64,000 nucleotides of DNA, taken from NCBI GenBank assembly GCA_025454915.1, contig JALONN010000010.1, positions 12,339 to 76,338 of the forward strand, in the 5' to 3' direction. This document shows, piece after piece, positions 54,601 to 62,475 of this stretch (positions within the stretch are counted from its first letter, which is position 1; each line of letters starts with the position of its first letter). The position numbers and the translations under genes were made by a program. The notes below the pieces were generated by a model, which was not told where the DNA came from, did not search any database, and saw nothing but the letters and a program-made list of their open reading frames with translations. Origin of the DNA: Raineya sp. (GTDB lineage: Bacteria; Bacteroidota; Bacteroidia; Cytophagales; Thermonemataceae).

Positions 54601-57587
54601 ATAAAATTGATCCTAAAGAAAAAAAACTCAATCCTGAAGCAAAAGGTGAGCCTAGCCTATCAGGGTTAACTTTTACAAGAGAAAACAAAAATGACGGAAA
54701 AAAAGACATTGATAAAATATTACTGGGTAAGTTATTTTTTCAGAATAACAAATTAGAAAACTTCTATTTTAAACAAGGAGATCTAGAGGTAAAAGGGAAT
54801 AATGCAATAATGGAGCATATAGATTTAGAAGGTTTAGTATTTGAAATGCAAACTGAATACGACTCTAAAGATAAGAAAAATGTAATCAGTAGCAGTGAAT
54901 ATTTACGATCTCTTCAAAACCTTTTTATAAATAGGATTCATTTTGGAAGTAACTTTATAATTACGAAAGCAGGTAAAGAGTATAAATTAGGTAGTGGAAG
55001 TATAGACAAGCTGAATGCAAAAAACTTGGAGTTGGATTTTCAGGGTAAAGATAAATTTGAAATGTTTAAAAAGGGAGAGATATCTTTTGCTCATTTTAAT
55101 TTGAGTAATCTTGCTTTGGATAGTTTGAGTAAATTGAATTATTTTAATCTCAAGGATTTTAGTATAGAAAGGGTTAAAGATGCAAAAGAGGATGTTATCA
55201 AATTTAAGGGTGAGCAAAGTATCGGATATCACAAAAACAATAATACATCTTCTTTGAATGTAGGGGCTTATAGCAAATTGTCAGGAATATATGATAAAAA
55301 GGAAATTATGACCAAAGATGAAAACGAGAAATGGATAGGTACTGGAACGTATACATACTCTTTCAAGACAGATTTAGATGATTTCGGGAGCAATATCGCA
55401 CTATCAGATGATAAAAAAGATGTCAAAACTGAAATAGGTGCCCCTAAAATAAGTATCAAGACAGATTTTGAAACATACGCAGACATAGATTTTGGAGATT
55501 ATATATCAATGAAAAGCCTGAATTACGAATCCAAAGATGGGATGTATATTAGAGGGTCTAATTATGATAATGGTTTGATAAGATTAGAAAACCCATCAGC
55601 AAAATTGAAATTAGTAAAAGATAAAAAAACAGATAAATTCACAAACATAGAAATAGAACAATTCCATCTCAAGAAAATAGTAGCCTCCAAACTGGACTTT
55701 GGACAATATCATAAAGTTACAGAAGAAGATAAAAAAAGTGACCTTGAGAACAAAACAGAGAAATATAAAAATTATTCCATAGGAAGTATTGATAAACGAG
55801 CGGGGTATGAAGATGCAACATTTGCATTAAAAAATGGAAAAACGGCTAGTCTTACAGATGTGTATTTATCAGGGAATTTTAGGTTGTCAGATGGAGCTCT
55901 CGCTCTAAAAGGTGGAGCTAAAGAAGTGAATTTAGAAGAATTAAAAGCAGTTCTTTCACAAAGTGCTGTATTTTTAAATCCTTATTTGAAAGCAGATAAT
56001 CTCACTTTTAGTAGAGAATATAATGGAGATATGGATGCAAAAGTAAATAATTTTAGGACTGGCTTGAGGGATAATGAAATAACAATGCAACCTAATAATA
56101 TGGGAATGATTAAATTGGAACAATCAGCAAATAATAAAGATACTCCTGTTTTACAATCACATACACTTACTTATAATTATAATAAAAAAGAAGATAAAAC
56201 AGAGGTCATCATAAAAGACCCAAAATTGGGAGCGATTGTACTTGAAGGGCATTTTCGTGGATACAATGGAACTTCAGGTATAGCTCTCCAAAAAATGATT
56301 ATGCAAGGAGAAATGAAGGGAGATTTCAAACTTACAGATACTCCAACAGAAACGATTTTAGATGGAAAAGATTTTATATTCCAAATTCCAGAAGCTTATT
56401 TTGTAGCCAATAGCATGTCAGACCTTTTCAGCCTTACCAAACCAGAAGAAAAGAAAGAGCAAAATAATAGCAATACTAATTTCACTACTGAAGAAGATAA
56501 TAGCCGATTCAAACAACTTGAAAGGCGAGAATATGCAAAGCTTGATACTAATCCTGATTTGGTAAAAAATTATGTTAAGAATCAAGCTCGTGAGAGGCTC
56601 CATAATGAAAAAAAACAAGAAGAGTTTAATAAATTATCACAAGATTTTGCATTTATGAATCTATTTACAGATAGTAGTATTGTCTTTAATGCTTTTGGAG
56701 AGGAATTTATTTTACAACCAGAACCTATTTATGCAACAAGCCTCAGAGCACGCCGAGCGGATGCCCACATAGATGTATTTTCGTTTTTAAAATCTATTGC
56801 AGATTTAACAGCTAATAGACTAATAGAACTTTACAGCGTTTCATTTCAAATTCCTGCAAATAATGAAGCAAAAGGATTTATACAAATACTGGAATATATA
56901 AGCAAGTGGGTTGCTAAAAATGGTTCTTCGGCTATTTTACAAAGTTTTGAAAACTTTGTGGAAGAAAGGTGTGGTAATATTTTTAAAGAAGTAGGAGATA
57001 AAAAATACATTCAGATGTCTGAGTTTGCTGCATTGTGTAGTATGTTAGGGGATATGCAAGAAGATTTGATAGAAAGAATTATGGAAGTACCCATCATTGA
57101 TTTTGGAAAAGGGATATATGATTTTTTTTCTGAACCAAGTTCAGAACCTGTAGACCCTGAACAATTAATACCTTCTTTCGTTGAAATGGTTGTTTCAATG
57201 ATGCAACCACGATTTACATTACATGCTAAAGGTTCAGGATTCAAAGACTACAATAAAGGTATGCTAAAACCATATATGGAAAGTGATTTCACAAAGCAAG
57301 CTTTTTCAAGTGAAGGATTTCTAACATTTCAGTTAGCAAATAATAGAAATCCTCTAATTAGTCTTCAAAATTGGAACTTTGAAGGTTTTAGTTTGCCAAT
57401 TTCTAAAGGAAAAGGTAAATTATCTACCAAATCAATGGGTATATCACAATTAACATTTTTTAAACAGAATGGACTAAAGAAATCAGGATTAGTAAACTTA
57501 GATGCAAAAAATGTGTACTTGAAAGGGCTATACATGATAATAAATAAGACCAAAGATACTGATAAAGAAAAGAAAACTGGAAAATAA
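51543..57587 (+). CDS. giant (2014-aa) K/E/D/N-rich orphan protein with no signal peptide; candidate CIS cargo/effector or accessory component
   Basis: A single uninterrupted 6-kb ORF in AT-rich DNA. The polar N-terminus is MLHIHRTTENKTQEQTNFYAQNIETKN. I see only two Cys (ERCGNIF, AALCSML). No HExxH, P-loop or other catalytic motif recognised. Confidence 0.8.
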   Translation: MLHIHRTTENKTQEQTNFYAQNIETKNTAFQNQNNFKPLGGDPPDKEAIDEMMKILKEGKLTKTKAEEIFGKYAELKEDAKAEKDESGNPNPLYIKGVDFEKGIFPVPQQEHYKNEKKEDDKEAYEKAMIHHKNRLKLYRIYVGYDYYGKVLPILRRILRKQIWFNAVKSWEAIEAYHILDDMQPEYREIFANEEPILNDRIFGELPIEFRTQQKSALQKGIASKDHERLTKDLEKAIKTNNILLIKLLIAIAIEAGLEKTLPETIQQNEIVKGEIAKLGRKTTGEAAQDIQQKRKGRHAIYRRNLDKIYQKNAFKDPREAQEAPDQVDKDAVIRGKEAGGIGKMTLGFLGERLSFYGDTLSGLNADDDPSIVLKKALKLSVQIGKDFLGKTNTLESFDLERFQGSMGGSLMGLEVSKTNNHQKDTLFKDDEKKVSEEDKQDMKNLENGNLSAWIDFRNGEIKVIANAIPFKSLNYLAGDMAFKATEGAFNQIFMKMKWNPKVKKEEEVVADIDLVAGGVVLEGMRMITDEETYGIGKILAKGLQISMKQTIGIGKDLKGWKKPINLLFNTIGAMNNMIFLLINSAMVTYQRLANVENKQDEFSMAQADFTKALGASQNNFFDLKYMKVADIVLQNFYSTSMGRIGEIGLGGNNIKLQSDEASFSQDEKATLFKKKKELKKLQGKLEEVLDRRANMKRKKQVERFTKKPKLTKKQEDIEKLEVEIAQLEKKHNLKLGFETSHLELKEADMIQEMMAKMLKESFKESGMEMEGVQGLDGFELPQGLKLGTFVKDKNNTEKNTQISPEQIKDLSIDVPKIVFLNPVTASKLTYTGKKDLIDKQTNQPIKEKGKTKKEDTMQVIGTDVVFTKLELGLKIDFADYDKSKPPKEEDSLIENMEIKGLKAETASFGTFQFKLPNPFDPIKKVRKEGTKDETKDETNFYDVLDFKDQVTFHDFDFSFLEKAEDPITLKIGKIEQTKKTPTNVNGMQYNYRYKKTEKNEKGEDVETNIKVNGSFSMLNKIDPKEKKLNPEAKGEPSLSGLTFTRENKNDGKKDIDKILLGKLFFQNNKLENFYFKQGDLEVKGNNAIMEHIDLEGLVFEMQTEYDSKDKKNVISSSEYLRSLQNLFINRIHFGSNFIITKAGKEYKLGSGSIDKLNAKNLELDFQGKDKFEMFKKGEISFAHFNLSNLALDSLSKLNYFNLKDFSIERVKDAKEDVIKFKGEQSIGYHKNNNTSSLNVGAYSKLSGIYDKKEIMTKDENEKWIGTGTYTYSFKTDLDDFGSNIALSDDKKDVKTEIGAPKISIKTDFETYADIDFGDYISMKSLNYESKDGMYIRGSNYDNGLIRLENPSAKLKLVKDKKTDKFTNIEIEQFHLKKIVASKLDFGQYHKVTEEDKKSDLENKTEKYKNYSIGSIDKRAGYEDATFALKNGKTASLTDVYLSGNFRLSDGALALKGGAKEVNLEELKAVLSQSAVFLNPYLKADNLTFSREYNGDMDAKVNNFRTGLRDNEITMQPNNMGMIKLEQSANNKDTPVLQSHTLTYNYNKKEDKTEVIIKDPKLGAIVLEGHFRGYNGTSGIALQKMIMQGEMKGDFKLTDTPTETILDGKDFIFQIPEAYFVANSMSDLFSLTKPEEKKEQNNSNTNFTTEEDNSRFKQLERREYAKLDTNPDLVKNYVKNQARERLHNEKKQEEFNKLSQDFAFMNLFTDSSIVFNAFGEEFILQPEPIYATSLRARRADAHIDVFSFLKSIADLTANRLIELYSVSFQIPANNEAKGFIQILEYISKWVAKNGSSAILQSFENFVEERCGNIFKEVGDKKYIQMSEFAALCSMLGDMQEDLIERIMEVPIIDFGKGIYDFFSEPSSEPVDPEQLIPSFVEMVVSMMQPRFTLHAKGSGFKDYNKGMLKPYMESDFTKQAFSSEGFLTFQLANNRNPLISLQNWNFEGFSLPISKGKGKLSTKSMGISQLTFFKQNGLKKSGLVNLDAKNVYLKGLYMIINKTKDTDKEKKTGK

Positions 57588-57600
57588 ACAAATAGTCTAT

Positions 57601-57634
57601 ATTAGTGAGGTTAGTTTAAACTAACCTCACTAAT
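57601..57634. terminator. perfect 34-nt palindrome; bidirectional terminator between the giant gene and the AAA+ gene
   Basis: attagtgaggttagttt|aaactaacctcactaat. Confidence 0.8.
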
Positions 57635-57650
57635 ATTATATTCCTTATTT

Positions 57651-59003
57651 CTACATAATAATATCCTTCCACATAGGAAGGTTTAATTCTTTACACATAG
57701 CTGTAATATCATGGTATCCTTTTCCTTGAACAATATAGAAGTTTCTTAAAGTCCTAAAAAATTTCTCCCTGTCAAAAACATAAGCATTCTCTGAGCTATC
57801 TTCTAAAGCTTGAACTTTACAAAAACGGGCAAAACTCTTGATCCAAGCTCCATTCATATCTTTGAGTTTATCTGCCACATATTCAATAGGTACATTGTTG
57901 AAAAAAAACTCTTCAAAAGCCTTCGCCCATATTTCATAACGAATAGTGGGGTAAGGCTGACTAAACTCAAATCTCAACTGAAAACGTCTCTTGAAAGCCT
58001 CATCCAAATTGTCTTTTTTGTTGGTACAAAGAAATAAAATTCCATCAAAATCCTCCATTCTTTGAAGTAGATAGGCTATTTCCTGATTTCCATATCTATC
58101 ATTGGCAGATTTGTTGTCTGTTCTTTTACCCAGCAAAGCATCTCCTTCATCAAAAAAGAGAATCCAGTCTTTATTTTGAGCCAAATCGAAGACATATTTA
58201 AGGTTTTTCTCAGTTTCACCCACATATTTGGAAACAATCTGAGAGAGGTCAATTCTGTACACATCTCTGCCTACTTCTTTTCCCAAAATACCTACACTGA
58301 CAGTTTTACCAGTACCAGATTCACCCCAAAACAAAGCTTTGAAACCCTTTGAACCTTTGTACTGAGGATTATTATTGAGTTCAGGATAATGTTTCATCCA
58401 AGCTTTTACATCCATCAAACAATCTCTTACAGAAGGATTTAAGACCAAATCATCCCAAGTTTCGTCTGTTTGGTATAAACTGGCAGGAAATGAGGAACTG
58501 TAAGTATAATAATACTTTCTATTCATCACCACTCTAAAATAAAATTCAGGAGAAATTTCTAAAGCACAATCCTCCATTGCAGGATTTTTAGAAAAAGGCT
58601 TTAGAATGTTGTTTTTAAACAAAGGACTCTCTTTTTGTAGAAAGTTATTAATAATCTGAATTCTTTCTAAATGTTGCTTTCCTGCAAGTAAAAACAAAGC
58701 TGTACGAACAGTAGGAGAAAAAGTGCCATCTTCTTGATTAATGCCTCCATGTAAAGAAGGTTCAGGACTACTTTTTTCTATACTTTTGAATCTATCAAAA
58801 ATAGAGGGATTAAAAGCATAAGCCAAAGCTAAAAGAGCTATTATAATTTCTTCTGGTTCTGAAATACCTTCTTTTTGCCATTCTTCAAGGTCTTCAATAT
58901 AAATAGATTGTGGAATTTCTACATAATTAATAATCTCCTCTAATTTATCAACTTTACTTTTTAAAAGTTCCTCAAGCCACAACAACTGTTTTATTATATT
59001 CAT
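57651..59003 (-). CDS. AAA+ ATPase of the Afp15/Pvc15 (contractile-injection-system-associated) type
   Basis: Single AAA module at the C-terminus: FWGESGTGKT (Walker A), SKYVGETEKNLKYVFDLA, ILFFDEGDALLGKRTDNKSANDRYGNQEIAYLLQRMEDFDGILFLCTN (Walker B and sensor region), FKRRF. The unique N-terminal domain is about 220 aa. Confidence 0.75.
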   Translation of the reverse strand: MNIIKQLLWLEELLKSKVDKLEEIINYVEIPQSIYIEDLEEWQKEGISEPEEIIIALLALAYAFNPSIFDRFKSIEKSSPEPSLHGGINQEDGTFSPTVRTALFLLAGKQHLERIQIINNFLQKESPLFKNNILKPFSKNPAMEDCALEISPEFYFRVVMNRKYYYTYSSSFPASLYQTDETWDDLVLNPSVRDCLMDVKAWMKHYPELNNNPQYKGSKGFKALFWGESGTGKTVSVGILGKEVGRDVYRIDLSQIVSKYVGETEKNLKYVFDLAQNKDWILFFDEGDALLGKRTDNKSANDRYGNQEIAYLLQRMEDFDGILFLCTNKKDNLDEAFKRRFQLRFEFSQPYPTIRYEIWAKAFEEFFFNNVPIEYVADKLKDMNGAWIKSFARFCKVQALEDSSENAYVFDREKFFRTLRNFYIVQGKGYHDITAMCKELNLPMWKDIIM

Positions 59004-59083
59004 AAAATCTCTTATTTTTGGTAAAAATACTTAAACATTGGAATATTTTTTGAAAAATCTCTACTACTTACAAATGAGAAGCC

Positions 59084-60892
59084 ATGAATAGTGACCCTAC
59101 TAAAATTTATGATGATAAAATGTATGCATTTCCAGAGCAGGATAGTTCTAAACAACAACAGGAACGATTTGGCAACAGATGGGATGATAGGTTTCAAAGT
59201 AGATGGGGTGTTCAGTTTACAGAAGCCCAAGAAACAACTGTAAATTCTATTCCCTCTTATGGAATTACCAATAAAAAAACAACTGTAATCATAGGAGCTA
59301 AAAAAAATAAAAAAGAAACCCTTGAAGCAGACACTGAAATAAAGATTATATCCAATCAGGGTGAAAGCTATGAAGTAGAAGCTACCATTGGGGAAAAGAA
59401 AATTATTGGTTTAGTATTAAAAAGTGATATAGATACTTTTGCTAATAAAATGGCAGATTTGCCTGAAGAGCAAAAGAAAAAAATAGATATGGATACGACT
59501 ACTATGATGCCACTTATAGAATATCCTAGCTATGAGTTTAGTAATCATAATTATTTTATCCAAATTAATGGAACACCTGATGTTTTTAGAAGTCTTTTCA
59601 AAAATGTTATTGGTAGCTATTTAATCAGATATAATTTAAATCAAGCTAATAGAACTATTAAAATAGCAATTCCCTTTACTGGTCTTCCTACGGATTTTAT
59701 CAAAGATGAAAGTATCAAAAAGAAATACAACAACAATACTTTTGCTTTCAGATTTACAAGATTAGAAGATAGAAATGGAAGAGAAATGTTTTTGATAGAA
59801 GAATTAGGGCAAGTAAAAGCACCTGCACCAATGGATATTCAGAATAAAGAGTTAAAATTTCATAAATATGGCTTTACTTTTTACGAACCATCTGCTGGAG
59901 AGGTACAAAATGCTAATGATTTAAAAACTGAAATAGAGAGTAATGGAGTAACAGAGAGAGCTAAAGAGCTTTATCCGAAGGCTTTCTTAACACTTTCTGC
60001 TCAAGAAAAAGAGGTTATTATCAGGGCTGTTGAAAAAATGCCCACAAATACTTTAGAAACCATTAAAAATGTAGTTTTCAATAAGAAAAATTATCAAATT
60101 GAAGATGGAGCAGTAAAACCTATGACAGCTGCATTTTATAACAGCCAAAATCATACTGTAACAGTTATAAAAGATATTATCGAACAAAGAGCTAATACTT
60201 TTGGTGATAATGAAACTGAAGGATTTTCTAATAGTGCAGAGTTTACCATTATACATGAATTGGGGCATGCTGTCGACTTTGCCCCTTATAAAGAAAAACA
60301 CACAGTTTTAGATGCAAAAAGAAGTGTATATGATGCAGAAATAAAACTGTATAATCAGGCTATTGATACTCAAAAGCAAGCTTATGAAACATTTTTAAAT
60401 GAACGAACAGCTCTTATAAAAACATATAAAAATCAAATTACTTTTACCAATATACAAGAAAATGAAAAAGGGCAGATTACGAATTTTCGTTATTCTGGTA
60501 CACCACCTCACTTTGAGGCATTTCAGAGTGGCTTGAAAAAAATAGAAAAAAAATATGATGCTGTTAAAGCTACTAGTGCAAGTGCAAAAACACGATTTGA
60601 ATCTGTTAAAACAGATTATGAAAATACGAGAACAGCAGCTTCCCAAAGTAGAAATTTATCAGGTTATGGACAAGTATATAATACAACTACTCAAAAATGG
60701 GATGTAGTAGATGATAAAACAGCTTTTGATGAAGCTGTAGAAAAAGACAGCCCAAGAACTACAATCTATGCAAATACCAATGACAAAGAATCTTTTGCAG
60801 AGGCATTTGCTTTGTATGTAACAGAACCCGAAACTTTGAAAACCCTTAGCCCCAATGTGTATGCTTATTTTCTTCAGAAGTTTCCTCGTTAG
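59084..60892 (+). CDS. zincin metalloprotease-like protein of the anthrax lethal factor / PPEP (M34, ATLF-like) type with a large insertion; no signal peptide
   Basis: AEFTIIHELGHAVDF (HExxH at 60254-60268) and KESFAEAFALYVTEPETLKTLSPNVYAYFLQKF (60788-), which resembles the LF/PPEP 'E-F-F-A-E-A-F' third-ligand helix. I count about 173 residues between the two motifs. Confidence 0.6.
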   Translation: MNSDPTKIYDDKMYAFPEQDSSKQQQERFGNRWDDRFQSRWGVQFTEAQETTVNSIPSYGITNKKTTVIIGAKKNKKETLEADTEIKIISNQGESYEVEATIGEKKIIGLVLKSDIDTFANKMADLPEEQKKKIDMDTTTMMPLIEYPSYEFSNHNYFIQINGTPDVFRSLFKNVIGSYLIRYNLNQANRTIKIAIPFTGLPTDFIKDESIKKKYNNNTFAFRFTRLEDRNGREMFLIEELGQVKAPAPMDIQNKELKFHKYGFTFYEPSAGEVQNANDLKTEIESNGVTERAKELYPKAFLTLSAQEKEVIIRAVEKMPTNTLETIKNVVFNKKNYQIEDGAVKPMTAAFYNSQNHTVTVIKDIIEQRANTFGDNETEGFSNSAEFTIIHELGHAVDFAPYKEKHTVLDAKRSVYDAEIKLYNQAIDTQKQAYETFLNERTALIKTYKNQITFTNIQENEKGQITNFRYSGTPPHFEAFQSGLKKIEKKYDAVKATSASAKTRFESVKTDYENTRTAASQSRNLSGYGQVYNTTTQKWDVVDDKTAFDEAVEKDSPRTTIYANTNDKESFAEAFALYVTEPETLKTLSPNVYAYFLQKFPR

Positions 60893-62219
60893 TATATTGT
60901 TTTTATATATCGGGATAACTCATGCCCAACTCATAGCTGTTGCCAAAAAAAAAGATAAATATGGTGTAATAGACTCCACAGGGAAATGGATTGTAGAACC
61001 TCGTAACAAAGCACTCAAAAACTGTTTAGAAGGAGAATATATGATGCGATTAGTTTATATGCCTCTAGCCTCTGTGATAGAAACACATTCTGATGAAATT
61101 CCAGAAGAAAAATTTAGTGAAACATTACTTTTCGATATTTTAAGATTTAAAAATAAAAACGTAAAATATATCAAATTAGAAGATGGTACATTTTTTAGTA
61201 ATATCAGAAATGGATATTTTTTAAGAGATATAGAGGATAGTCTTTATAAAAAAATTTATATAACCACTTTTAATATTCAAGATAAGCCTTTGCATCAAAA
61301 AGTACCTCAAAAAAAAACTTTTAATTATTATCTCCTTCCAAAAGAAGAACTTATTACAGTTGGTCAAACTAAAAATTGGGGACTTGGATTTGGAGCAAAT
61401 ATGTCATGGTTTTTTGATATTCCCTTCTACAATGATAACAATGAGTTTTTGTGGGAGAGAAGGGATTATTTTTCTCATAGACCTTATTTGTATGGAAAAG
61501 TAGATGACTCTATCCAAAATCATTTAAACTCAATCAGGGACACTTTTCGTATCAAAAAATGGGGGGCAATAGATACGAATCATAAAGTTATTATCTCGCC
61601 TCAATATTCATATCCTTTTGAGTTTTCTCAAGGAAAAGCTTTGATAGGAGTGAAAAAAGGTAAAAACTATCAATTCTTTTTTATCAACAAACAAAATAAA
61701 CGCTTACATAAGAAAAACTTCGCTTTTGCTCGAAGCTTTCAGGAGAATTTAGCTTTGTGTAAAGATGAAAAATCATGGTTCTTTGTAGATACGAGTATGC
61801 AAAAAGTGTTTTCTATGCCTCCAGAAACGATGTATACAGACTCATTTTTTGAAGGAATGGCTGTGATAGCTTTTGAACGTCAGGGAAGAGTTTTGTATGG
61901 TTATATAGATAAAACAGGAAAAGTCGTCATTAATCCTCAATATAAACAAGTAGGGCATTTTTCAGAAGGTTTGGCTGTGGCAATGGATAATTCAGGCAAA
62001 TATGGTTATATCAATAAACAAGGTATTTGGGTAATATCACCTCAATATACTTTAACATCATTTTTAGATAAAAATTCTGAAACACTTAATTTTCATCAAG
62101 GTAGAGTTGTTTTTTATGATGATAAAACTCAAAAATATGGTTTTTTAGACAAGACTGGAAATGTAGTTCTTTCTGCTCAATTTGATGAACTTCAACCTTT
62201 TTATAGTATTAAGAAATAG
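60855..62219 (+). CDS. secreted WG-repeat (KWG) protein
   Basis: Signal peptide. Repeats: KYGVIDSTGKWIVEPRNK, KWGAIDTNHKVIISPQY, YGYIDKTGKVVINPQYKQVGHFSEGLAVA, KYGYINKQGIWVISPQY, KYGFLDKTGNVVLSAQF. Confidence 0.8.
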   Translation: MCMLIFFRSFLVSILFLYIGITHAQLIAVAKKKDKYGVIDSTGKWIVEPRNKALKNCLEGEYMMRLVYMPLASVIETHSDEIPEEKFSETLLFDILRFKNKNVKYIKLEDGTFFSNIRNGYFLRDIEDSLYKKIYITTFNIQDKPLHQKVPQKKTFNYYLLPKEELITVGQTKNWGLGFGANMSWFFDIPFYNDNNEFLWERRDYFSHRPYLYGKVDDSIQNHLNSIRDTFRIKKWGAIDTNHKVIISPQYSYPFEFSQGKALIGVKKGKNYQFFFINKQNKRLHKKNFAFARSFQENLALCKDEKSWFFVDTSMQKVFSMPPETMYTDSFFEGMAVIAFERQGRVLYGYIDKTGKVVINPQYKQVGHFSEGLAVAMDNSGKYGYINKQGIWVISPQYTLTSFLDKNSETLNFHQGRVVFYDDKTQKYGFLDKTGNVVLSAQFDELQPFYSIKK

Positions 62220-62306
62220 TAAGATATAAGGTGTTTCTTAAATTTTGTAAATTAAGGAAGTATGATGAAGCTGTTTGCTGTCTCTGATTTGTCCCATTTC
62301 ATAAAA

Positions 62307-62336
62307 AAACCTTTTAATCGTTAAATTAAAAGGTTT
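62307..62336. terminator. bidirectional terminator between the WG-repeat gene and the convergent fibre-like gene
   Basis: aaaccttttaat-cgttaa-attaaaaggttt. Confidence 0.75.
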
Positions 62337-62475
62337 AGTGGAGAATATCGGAGTCGGATATAAGGGATTTTTGAAAACAATGTTTTGAATCTGAAATATT
62401 ATGAATGTTTTTGATAAAAGTAAAAAACATTAAAACACATCTTAAAAGAATCTCATTTCGGTAATATTTCAGTAA

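Noticed and set aside
57601-57634. A perfect 34-nt palindrome, considered as a possible recombination or protein-binding site marking an island junction.
   Set aside because: It sits exactly between two convergent stop codons and is flanked by A/T runs. A bidirectional intrinsic terminator is the simplest explanation. Similar palindromes occur at other convergent gene pairs (2153, 43502, 62307).
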